From Gracilinanus agilis (lineage: Eukaryota): DNA of 63,860 bases. The notes below the pieces were generated by a model. The model ran no database searches, had not been told where the DNA came from, and worked only from the letters and a program-made list of their open reading frames with translations. Positions 25,201 to 35,850 of this stretch are shown in pieces (positions within the stretch are counted from its first letter, which is position 1; each line of letters starts with the position of its first letter). Location of the stretch: contig NC_058133.1 in NCBI RefSeq assembly GCF_016433145.1, positions 207,999,725-208,063,584 of the forward strand, given 5' to 3'. The position numbers were made by a program, and so were the translations under genes.

Positions 25201-28200
25201 TACCGGGGAATTGGGAAGAGGAAGAGAATGATAATCCAAGAGGGAAGGAATACCCCATCCCTACAGCCTAATAGGCCCTTACTGAGAGGATTAGACAGAG
25301 CAGAGATGAGGGTGATCCAAGGCTCTGGACATAAAGCTTTTCAAAGTAGTAGCTTCTCCATACACAAGAGTCACAAGTTTTAAAAGGGATTATCAAATCC
25401 TCAAATTTCACTCCATTCAAAAAATAAATCAATGTATCCTTTGGGGGAGGTCACATTGAATCAAACACCAAATGTCCATATATTATCTTAAAAACATTCC
25501 TCTAGAATTATACTTAAGTACTGATTCTGTGGCAGAAGGGAGGTAAGGGTTAGGGGTTTGGGGTTAAGTGATTTATTCAGGGTCACAAATCTAAGAAGTG
25601 TCTGAGGTCAGTTTTGAACCCAAAACTCCCAACTCCAAGCTCTACCCACTGTGCTACTTAACTGCTCCTGAGTCTTGTTTTTAACTCGACATAGCAGTGG
25701 CTAGATATTAGACTTGGAGTCAGAAAGACCCAGTAATAATAATAGCTAACATTCACACAAGTGCTCTAAGGTTTTGTGAAACTGTTATCTTCACAACAAC
25801 CTTATGAGGTAGGTGCTATTATCCATATGAAAAAACTAAAAATCATAAAATGACTTTCCTTAAACACTAGCTGGGTGACCCTGGACAAGTCACAACTTCT
25901 GCCTCAGTTTCCTTGACTGTAAAAAGAGGATAATAGCACCTGTCTCAGAGTGTTGCTGATCAATTGAAATAACAAAATGTTTTGCTAACCTTAAAGAGCT
26001 ATGTAAATGATAGTAACTATTACCATATCACTATAACTACTTAAAATTCTTTTGGGGGGCAACTGGGTGGCTCAGTGGATTGAGAACCAGGTCTCAGACA
26101 CTTCCTAGCTGAGCGATGCTGAGTAAGTCACTTAACCCCCATTGCCTATCCTTTAATGTTCTTCTACCTTATTGGTTCTAAGATGGAAGGTAAGGGTTAA
26201 AAAATTATTTTGAATTCTTGAAGCTATTACAGCTTTTTGGAATGACCTTTATGTTACCATCCTATTCATAGTGCTAGAATAATTTCTAACAGAAAAATGG
26301 CATTGGAGGGGCAGTGAGGTGGCTTAGTGGATAGAGAGCCAGGTTTAGAAATGGGAGGTCATCCTGGGTTCAAATCTAGCCTCAGACATTTCTTAGTTCT
26401 GTGATCCTGGGGAAGGCATATAACCTCCCCTTGCCTAGTCCTTACTGTTGTTCTTCCTTGGAACTGATAGTATTGATTCTAAGACAAAAGGTAAGAGTTT
26501 TCTATAAAGATATTGGAGATGGCTGCAGTAGGAGTCACTGACCTCTACACTCTCTGGTTCCTCTTCTTGACCAAAGCAATTTTTTTTGTTTTCACAGAAA
26601 GGAATGGGAAAGAGAGCATGGAATAGTTAGGGGACTCACTAGGGTTCTTTACACTTTAAAGCATCAAGGCAGTTAATGGTGGGGAGGAGGGAGAGAAGGG
26701 TGGCCAGGAAGATTGTGGAGAACACAGTGAATCATGCTACTAGCTAGATGAGGAACTGACAAAAACATGGCTTTGTGACTGGGTCTCTGATTAGAAGAGA
26801 ACTGACTGGGCCTGAGTCCAAGAGAAAGTTAAGGATGCATTTGTTCAGGAGTCGTTTTTTTTAGCTAGGGAGTCTAAGAAGGATCTAAGGGGAACACGGG
26901 CCTACGCTGAAGAACTCATTCCGAAGACTGGTGAGTAGAAAAGAATGAGAGGCTGAATGAGAATAGAATTGGTGCAAGAGTGAATTCCCTTGTACCTGTC
27001 CTGTCCCTCCCATCCACATCTCCATACCTGTGTTGCTGAAAGCAAAGAAGCTCAGGTTGCAGTCGCTTTTGTCACTAGGAAAGCGCAGGAGTTCAAAGTC
27101 GCAGTTAATCTTGGTGGTGAGCGCCGTGTAGAGCTCCACAAGGCCTTTTCTGCTTACCCGGGCCCGTGGGTTGTGCTCCCTCCATTTTACCCAAAGGCTA
27201 TGGAAAAAAGCCCAGCGCCCGGAATGCTAGTCTCGGGGATCAAAGCAGGAGGTTGGGAGTATCCTCTATCCCTACTTCTCCCCTCCATCCACTCCTCGGA
27301 AGCCACAATCAAAATTGTGCAAAGATGTCTGATTAGCTCTCCAGGGAAGGCCCTAAGGACAGGTTCTAAGTAATAGATAAGGTTCTCGGAGGGAAACCCG
27401 GGAACTTGGGAAAGAGCCCCGGGGCGGGCAGTGACTCACGCTTCTTGGATGGTGAGGTCCGGGGTCCACAGCAAGTTTGAGGGCAAGGTGATGGAGTTCC
27501 GTGAGTCTGTACTCTCATGCCAAGATAGGTGAGGATCGAACCAAGACTAGGAAAACAGGGATACGGCTTAGCCTTTGCCCATCTCCTGTTCCCCTTGTGG
27601 TGACAGGGTCCCTGGCAGGAAGCCCGCGCTCCTGATTTGCGTTCTAAACCACAATCAAGCGACTAGGTAGCCTTTCTCAGGCCTTTCCTTTCCCCGCTAA
27701 CTGGTCCCCCACTCTTGTTTCCACTCTCACCAGTCTCAATAGCAGCGCGGAGCACACTGTATACTGCAAGATGTTCTGTTAGGGAGAGAGGTGGGGAAAA
27801 GGTAGCATTATCGCCTCGAGGGCAAGGAGGCTCCCGGGCAGAAAGTCCTTCTGCCTTCCCTCCCACCTTCACGGCCCTCCTCACCACATCGAAGACATTG
27901 GATACAAACACGTGCACATCTACGATCAGGGGTGCACTCCCATTATCCGGGATCTGAGGAGGGACTTCAGTCGCCAAAAGCGAATCCAGGCAGGCCAGAG
28001 GCATCCAAGCTGTGGAAATGGGGTGATGGGGAAAGTAGTGGGAAAGCTTGACAGTAGTAGCCTCGCTGCCCTGAGGTAGCAATCCTCAAATATCCAAGCA
28101 CACCCACCTCTCCGAATACCCCCTTCCTCAGGATGTAGGAGGGGTAGAGGGAAAGGGCGGGAGAAGGGATGATGGAAAGGGCTAGGAAGAAGTAGGGTAC

Positions 28201-28261
28201 TGGGCTGAACCATACCAAACCCAAGGAAGGAGAGAGCAAGCAGCAGCCTCAGAACCGCCAT
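22247..28261 (-). CDS. ZACN: Zinc-activated ligand-gated ion channel (Cys-loop family), intact 9-exon CDS, ~430 aa
   Basis: Minus-strand exons: 28261-28108 (donor choice less certain), 28009-27885, 27775-27731, 27546-27440, 27197-27028, 25199-25075, 24884-24674, 23180-23016, 22437-22247 (TAA). All GT-AG with consistent phase. Signal peptide [14 protein letters not shown]; [14 protein letters not shown]; Cys-loop [15 protein letters not shown]; M2 [13 protein letters not shown]; [13 protein letters not shown]; C-terminus CKSD...PHG. No stop or frameshift. Confidence 0.95.
23309..23413 (+). mobile_element. Young 5'-truncated SINE1_Mdo inserted into an older SINE
   Basis: A tail; 15-bp TSD AAATCTGGCTACTTT (23294-23308, 23414-23428); TTT/AAA L1-endonuclease site. 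Confidence 0.88.
23608..23796. mobile_element. hAT-family MITE in ZACN intron 7
   Basis: TIRs CAGTGATTCCCAAA / TTTGGGAACCACTG; perfect 8-bp TSD CTCTAAAC. Confidence 0.92.
24207..24489. mobile_element. hAT MITE (OposCharlie1/OC1-like TIR) inserted into a SINE
   Basis: Ends CCATGATGATGAACCTATGGCAC / AGGTTTGCCATCACTG; perfect TSD ATCTAGCC; SINE sequence resumes on both sides. Confidence 0.85.
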
Positions 28262-29599
28262 CTGGAAAGCTCTGCAAAGGCACCAGAGAGACTGTTGAGC
28301 CCGAGCCTTGCTCTGGGCTAAATCCTGGGTATCCCTGCCAAACCCAGCTACAAAACCGTGTGCGCTCTTACTATGGGCAGCCAGTAGTGGGATAAAGACA
28401 GGATTGCAAAAGCCTGCTCAGTGCAAGAGAAAAGAGCAGCCTGAGTTTGGGGCTCATCTGCCCTCCCTCAGTTCCGCAAATAGCCGAAAACAAAGCCCGT
28501 GGCTAGTCACGCCCGACCCTGCACCTGTCCCTGAGCCTAAACTCCCAAGCTACCCGCCCCTTTACCTGGGACCTAACGTGATGTTCAAGGACTGAGGCTG
28601 ATCTGCGAAAGCCTGGACACCAGGCACTCACACATTTCTTGGCCTCTGCGAATTTGTCCTGGTTCCACTGGGCCACTGGAGAACCCTGGTAGAGTAAAAG
28701 GTAGCCCGCACTGATTTGAATGTGGTTTGCAAATTATTGACAAGTGTGCATGTCTTTCTCGTAAACATTTAACGTCCTGAGAATGGGCAGTAGTAGCCAA
28801 GGAGACTGGGAGAGGCTAGGACAGAAGGAACACTCAGGTGGCTCTTTCTAGGCTAGGTTCTCTGGTAATGCAGTGCCTATATTCTATGCTTAGTCATAGC
28901 TTTCACTCAAGCTTGGCGCAGACTTTGCAGAACTGGCCCTTACATAAAGCTCTCCAAATCCCAGAGAGAAAGGAGATTGCTGAAAATTACCTAAATGGTG
29001 GCACAAATCTTGGCTTGAGACTCAGTCGGAGGTCTGAGTGGTCAAGTGATTTCCAAGAGCTGGAGGGAAAGATGAGAGATAGCTAGACCAGCCCAATTCA
29101 AGCAAGCACAGCTAAGGAGTGTATGCCCCTTTTATGCGCACGTAAACATTTCAGCCTTTTCGAAGTCAAGCGTACTAGCCCTCAAGAGCTCAGAGACAGG
29201 TGACTTGCAAAGACCCTCCAAGTGCAGGAAGCAGACTCTCCTTCCGTACTCCCCGACGGCGGGAACTGCTTTTTGCTAGGCTGCCCTTCTAGTTCTTTAG
29301 AATCCAGAGGGAGTTGCTAGCGCCTCAGTTCCAAGGTTCCCGAACCGTATTGGATGAGAAGCTGAGAGGGTTGTCAGCAAAACGCTAGGGCTAGGATGGG
29401 AGGCCTTCTTTATAATTTTCCTTCCCTGAATACATCCTAAATCCTAGAGCCCACTCTCTACATTGCAAAAGGCGGGATAACAACGCTGCAGTCAGTTTGA
29501 GCATTTTAATTAAACCCCGGAGACTACTATCCCCTGACTACTCCTGCCCTTCCAACCCTCTCATGGATGACCTCCAGTTCTACGGTTTTAGCTCTCATT

Positions 29600-31743
29600 G
29601 CATTGAAGCGGAGATTATTACCGGCAGCCCTTCGCCCTCTGCTCTCCAGAGGTAAAGGACTCAGAACTGAACCTCTTGGAAAAGGATGCTCAGGCACCAA
29701 AATGGTGGGACCCGCCCTCTTGCAGGCGGGAGCTTTACGTCCGAGTGCTTATTGGGGCGACTAGCCCGAGATGCGAAATGAGCTGAGGAGTTTGGCAGAG
29801 CAGCCCCTCACAGATCTTGCGGGAGTGTTTGCTAACGAGAGCATAGACTATGGAGTTGACGTAGGAGTTGGCAGAGGAGACTAGATGGGAGAGAATGCGC
29901 AGCACATAGTTGGCTCAAGTGAAGGGGAAGCTGCCAAACCAGGAAGGATGAGAGTGTGATGGGGCATCCAACAGAAGCAGAAGAGCAAGGCCATAATGAC
30001 TATTATGCATATCACTTTGCGCTTAGAGGCCTTGGATGCGGAGACAACCAGCTCTGGATCGACCGCTCAAGAGATAGTGCAGGGTTCCAGCGTAGGTCCG
30101 GCCTGGCACGAGAACCGGTAGCAGGTAGCTGAAGACAAAAGTACAGAGAGCCTTGGTCCGCAGGTCACATTTGTAGCTCTTCCTATCTTAAGAGACAATG
30201 CCCTCCCAATCGCTGGGATAATTGAGGCAGTTTCCTATAATTAATTCCAAGAGTCTTCACAGCCTGCTAGTCTCCTAAAACTCATATAGATTCTGGAGCA
30301 CCATTCTACATAGATCCCTGACTCTTGGCTTTGTGCAACTGAGCAATATCATGGAAGCCAATAGATATTTCTGGGAACCTATCCTAAGGACAGGGAAGGA
30401 CCTGAGAAGAGGGAAGAATATTTGAGCCTCAGCTTGGATTTCCTCCTCAAGAACTCCTAGAGTGCCTAATTATCTTTCCAACCCTTATCCCCTTCCTTAG
30501 ATCCGTTTTTCAGATGAGGCCTTAGGTGAGTATGTCTCAGCTTCCCTCGAAGGTATAGAAGAAAGGAGTTCCTCCATGCTACTCCCCAACTCAGTCCAGA
30601 GCTGGTGCCAGGAAAAGACACATAGGAATTGGTGGAGAGTCTGCCGTCCCCTGCTTCACAGCTACCTGTGTGGCAGCCCACGTCTGGGTTCTCCTGTCCA
30701 CAGTTCCAGCCAGTCGGGGCCAGGAGGATTTTGCCTATGGCATTCAGGACCATAAACCAAGCTAGAGAATTGTGGACCCACACGAAGTCCACTAGCTGCC
30801 CTGGAACTGTGACTTCTTCTACATCAACCTTTGGTCTGCCACCAGCAGAGACCACTCGTGGTTCTTTAAGCAGCGTACTTCCTGAACTAGGACTTATTTA
30901 TTAGTTTGTTTTTTTTTTTTTTTAAAGATCTGTCTTAAAATCATAGCAGTAAGGGTTAGGCAATGGAGGTTAAATGACTTGCCTGGGGTCACATAGCTAA
31001 GAAGTGTCCCAAACTAGATTTAAATTAAAAGCCTGGCTCTCAATCCACTGGGCCACCCAGCTGCCCCTAAACGACGACTCTTGGCCCTAGAGCGGAGCCT
31101 TATCCATTTTATCCCAGTCTCTCTTTCTTCTCTCTCTCCTCCTTACCTTCCTAACCCTCTTGTCCCTCCATCTTCCTATGTATCCGCAATCCTTTCTATT
31201 GCTGGGTTTTCCCTCCAGTCTTCCCACCTCAGTCTTGGCCTCCCATCTCCTGAGAGATTCACGAGAAAGGGAAGAGCGCTTGAGGAGATCTCGTCTCTCA
31301 CGACCCATCTCCAACCCCTGGGACTCACCTATCCAGAGAGACAGTAGCCAGTTTGAAACTGCTGGCTTACATAGTGAGGAAGATGAGAAAGTGCACGGCT
31401 TTGCAAAACAACGTGCTGAACATCCACTGGTCCAGAGTGTATGTAGGTGGTCGCCTGGAAGGGCACGCAGCAGACGACGAAACACTGATCTGCCACGCCC
31501 ATGGGGGTTGAGAATGAACAGGTTAGTGGTGCTGCTCATTTGTCCGCTGCACAGCAGCATAGCCAGCACCAGTGAATTACCCACCGTGCCCCTGAGGAAG
31601 ATAAGGACGAAGAGCACCGGCAGGATGACCGCCTCGGGCTGCCAACCTTCCCAGCTGCAGCTCACCGGGCTGACCTTTTTCAGGGCGGCCGAGGCATTCA
31701 AGTTGCAGGGCAAAGCTGGGAATCTGTCGGCACCTCTTTCCAT
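29600..31743 (-). pseudogene. GALR2: Galanin receptor 2 orthologue, unitary pseudogene
   Basis: Exon 1 (about 31701-31329, donor GTGAGT): GWQPEAVILPVLFVLIF..GTVGNSLVL..STTNLFILN..CCVPFQAT..CKAVHFLIFLTM..SLD. Exon 2 remnant (about 30160-29735): LCTFVFSYLLPVL..KRKV..LFCFCWMPHH..LRILSHLVS.ANS.VN.IVYALVSKH. Syntenic position between ZACN and SRP68. Lesions: +4 nt at 31502-31505, +4 nt at 31439-31442, TAA at 31367-31369, 5' part of exon 2 missing, -2 nt near 30064-30070, -4 nt near 29942, TGA at 29915-29917. The 3' boundary is approximate. Confidence 0.95.
30910..31068 (-). mobile_element. SINE1_Mdo-type SINE in the GALR2 intron
   Basis: Reverse-oriented head (CCACCCAGCTGCCCC) with a T-run tail. 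Confidence 0.8.
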
Positions 31744-33708
31744 TCTGTTCCCTGGCTTGCGGCCGCCAGCTATTCCAAGTCTCTCGAGGGAGCTCCAGGT
31801 CCCAAGTTGCCGCTGTTTCTCAGGAGGCAACACCTAGTCGTTCTCACCCCAGCTACTGCAGAAACCCTATCGGAGCTCCAGCTGGGAAGAAAAGGATGGA
31901 GGCAGTCTAGGGGAATGCAACTGGGGGGAAAGGAGGAGCAAAGGAAATCGAGTCTGTCCCAAGGGAACTGCAGCTGGAAAACCAAAGAGTGACCCCCAGT
32001 CTCAGAGGAGATTTGGTACTGATGGAAACCTCCATATGAGCCATACGTCTCAAACGAGGTGGATCCAAGTTGATGCAGTCAAAAGGCTATATCACTTTCC
32101 CCTCCCCTTTCAGAATCTTCAGTTCTCTGGAAATACCAGCCTCAGGTTTTGGTGTTTTTTAGCAGTACAGGGAAATTGCCAAAGGGTGAAATTCTGGACC
32201 AACAGAGCAGAAGCTACAAGCCACTAACAACCACCCCTTCTTTTCTGGTTTACAAAGTGAAATGTCTCTTGGGTATTTGACTAAGTCTGCTTGTCCCTGT
32301 CCTTCAGCTCCCAGCAGCCCAGATCTGAAAAATGTCCTATAAGATAATTTTAAGAAGACAAAGGAGACACTTGGAATTTTTAATATCCCTGAAGTGAACA
32401 CCCATGAAGGAGGAGAGCTACTGCTAGGTAGCTCCGTGGATAGAGTTCTGGATCTGGAGTCAGGAAGACTTGATCAAATATGACCTCCTATATTTACTAG
32501 CTATGTGACCCTGGGCAAGTCATTTGTCCTTTGCCTTAGTTTCCACAACTATAGATGAGGACCATAATAGTATCCACTTCTGAGAATTGATATGAAGGAT
32601 AATATTATAAAGTGTCTGGCAGATATTAGGTACTAAATAAATGCTAGTTTCCTCTCCTTTAGGTGAGTCTTCCTCTTTCTGAATCTGATCCTGAAAGACA
32701 TGTGTCTGTGCTCATATATGAACTCTTATTAGTTCCTTATCTGCCTCTCCCTTCCTTATCCCAATTACTGACAACCCTTCATTTTTCATTACTTTTCAAA
32801 ATGTCACTTATTTTTCATTTTGTTTCTTCTCTCCCTCCCTCCTTATCTCTCTTTGTCTCTCTCTCCCTCACTCCAGATATATATTATGTTAGTATATATA
32901 TAATATACAGCATAATATTATATATATATATATATGAAAAAGTCCTGAGGAACAGATGATTTGGAATTAAATCAAGTCCTTCTCTATACCATCTGTAAGA
33001 CTTTAAGGAAATCACTTCTCTGTGACTCATTTTCTTTATTTGTAAAATGAGAGTATTGGACTCCTGGTTTTGGAGAACTCCCAGTAGGTCAGTTGCTGCC
33101 TTTAATAACCTAATCATCAAACTACAAACAGCTAGGTGACAGAAACAGCTGCTTTCTGGGTTGCTCCTCTTTAGTGAATAGCTCAGAACCATTAACATTG
33201 GACTCTGAATATTTGTTTTGGATCTCTTCAATATTGGTGGATCATGTAAAGTAGTGAGAGGTGGTGGAAAGAGCACTGGTTTTGAAGTCAGCAGTTTGAG
33301 TTCAAAGTGTGTGGACAATCTTTTTGAGCTTCAACTTACTCAACTATAAAATAAGGGTATTAAGACTACCGTTGCCCTATTTCCCAATACATAAATGGTC
33401 AAAGGATAAGCAGTTCTCAAAGAACTGCAAACTATATGCAACCATATGAAAGAATTTTCTAAATTACTAATGGTTTCTTTTCTGTATTAAAAGATATTGT
33501 ATTTTCCCAATTACATGTAATAATGATTTTCAACGTTCATTTTCCAAAATTATAAGATCCAAATCATCTCCCTCATCAGACAACATTGCTGTTACTGTGT
33601 ACAATGTTCTTTTGGTTCTGCTTATTTCACTCTGCATCATTTCATATAGGTCTTTCCAGCTTTTTCTGAAATCATCCTGTTCATCATTTCTCATGGCATG
33701 ATAGTATT

Positions 33709-34241
33709 TGTAGCAATCCAGGTATACATTAATCTTGATATTATTTTAAGAGTGCTCAAAAAATGACTCTTGTGTTGCTTATGATTGATTTCTGTAACCT
33801 TGAGTTAAATTGAACCTCAACCTTGCCACCAAATTCCTAGGCCTTCCCTAAGGCTACACTCTGGAAGACTGGTCAGTTATCTCAGTCTCCTGGCCTTACC
33901 TTCAACAATCAATCAGCATTTGTATCAAGACCTTAGGCCATATGGATTCCTGATCTAGATGTTTGCTCTACCTGTTATTTCAGGTTCCAACAGTTTGTAT
34001 CTCCTGATGATTTATGTATGTATCAGACCACTTGAATCTCCCCTATACAGTTGTAACCCCAATAAAAGTAGTTATATGACAGTTGAAGAAGAAGCTCTTG
34101 ACCATGAGAGCTCTGAACCATCGAGGCTCTTGACCACCAGAGCTTACTCTCTCTCTGCTTACCTTATGCCAAAACTTTCTATGTCTGCATGTCTTTATTC
34201 TCACCTTATGTTCTCTTTCCACTAGTTTTTAACCCGCTACC
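33709..34241 (+). mobile_element. Probable solo LTR interrupting an L1 fragment
   Basis: TGTAGC...GCTAC(C) inverted ends; AATAAA at 34061; L1 3' sequence on both sides. Confidence 0.55.
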
Positions 34242-35484
34242 CATTTTCACTCAGTCCTTGGTTCCTCTTTCTAAGTGTCCAATCCACTAGGAATCTTCGT
34301 AGAGCTGCTGGATGGCTTCAGTAGTTCATCACCAACAGTCCAATGAAATCTCTTGGCAATGTAATGATCTGGGACAATTCTGAAGGACTTATGACAGGGA
34401 AAACTATCCACCTCCAAAGAAAGAATTGTTGGTGTCGGATGGATGAGGATCAAAGCAGACTATCTTTCATATCAGTGTATTTATAGTTTTATTTTGGGGT
34501 TTGGGTTTTGTATGAGTGTGCTACTACATGATAATATATGTAACCCAGATCAGATTGCTTACCATCTCCAAGTAAGGGAAGGAAAGTTAGAGAGGGAGAC
34601 AGTTTGGATTTTATAATTTCAGAAAACCTGTGTTGAAAATTATTATTACATAAAATAAAATATCTTTGAATTTAAACAATTTTAATTTTAAAAAAATGAT
34701 TAATCCAGAGAAGCACAGAAAGATCTATATGAACCAATGCTGAGTGAAGTAAGCAAAGAAAACAATATACATGGTAACTACACCATTGTAAATGCAAAAA
34801 TCAAAACTGAATGTAACAAATTTATAAAACTCAAGTTGGGCCGAAATGGCAAAATATGAGAAGACATCCCCTGTCCTTTTGTGGAGATACAGGAGTGGGG
34901 TGGTCCACAGATGTTACTCATTCCATATGTTTTTGGGCTTTCTTCAGTGCATCAATCAGTTGTACTGATTTATTTTTCTTTCTAAAAAATACTGATGAAG
35001 GAGACTGTTCTCTGGGAAGGAATTGTGGAATATTTGAGATAACTCTGGTAATGTTAAGATACAGAAAACATCAATAAAAAACATAAAAATAAATTAAAAT
35101 ATTTGTATTTGTAGAAAAAATACAGGGAAGCAATTTCTGAGCTCAACATTTTATTGTAGGAGCTGTAAATTACAAAATGTCAGGGTCCAGACCCATTCCA
35201 AATTTGCTAAAGATGCTGATATTTGAACCACCCAACCTTTTGAAGTCTATGCAAAAGAGCCAGATTATGCAAACTCCCTCCAGTAGGGAGAAGGGATCAG
35301 CTGAATGTTTCTGTGTGGGAAAACAGCCAAAGTTTCATCTTTTGAAAGGCTGCCTTCTTCAAGAAAGCAAAGTTTTCTTGGGGCCAATTACATCATCTCT
35401 GTTCCATATAAGGTAAAAAGCCAGGATCATTTTGTAGCTTCAAAGCCAATTGAGATGCGATGTCATAAATTTCTAGTTTTGGGA

Positions 35485-35850
35485 CAGTGATGGGCGATTG
35501 GTGTGTCAAAATTCACCCAAAAAACAAGCGTAATTCCGGTGGTGTGTCACTTTGAGAAAAAAAAACATAATTTTGCAATATTTATAGTTTAAATAACAAA
35601 AATGTATAATTGTAACATATAACTATTTAATAAACCAAAAACTTACTTGCTTAGTGACTTCTTTGTTCATCTGTCAGTCGGTTTCTTTTGTTGGTCTTGA
35701 TATTATTTAACTTGTGTGGGGTGCCATGAACTAAGATAAGTGAGGGGGAGGGGGAATTCTTTAACTAACCTGCCTATTAATGCAACCACATGTCATCGAA
35801 AATTACTACGCCTGTCAATGCTGATGTGTGTCATAGGTTCGCCATCAGGG
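35485..35850. mobile_element. hAT non-autonomous element (OC1-like TIR)
   Basis: Starts CAGTGATGGGCGA and ends GTGTCATAGGTTCGCCATCAGGG; decayed TSD TTTTGGGA/TCTTAGGA (6/8). Confidence 0.7.

Noticed and set aside
28760-29152. CGTAAACATTT (forkhead-like site) occurring twice upstream of ZACN
   Set aside because: Only two copies ~380 nt apart, noticed post hoc; no conservation data.
30466-30855. 129-aa minus-strand ORF in the GALR2 intron
   Set aside because: Not the missing GALR2 exon-2 piece and no recognisable homology.
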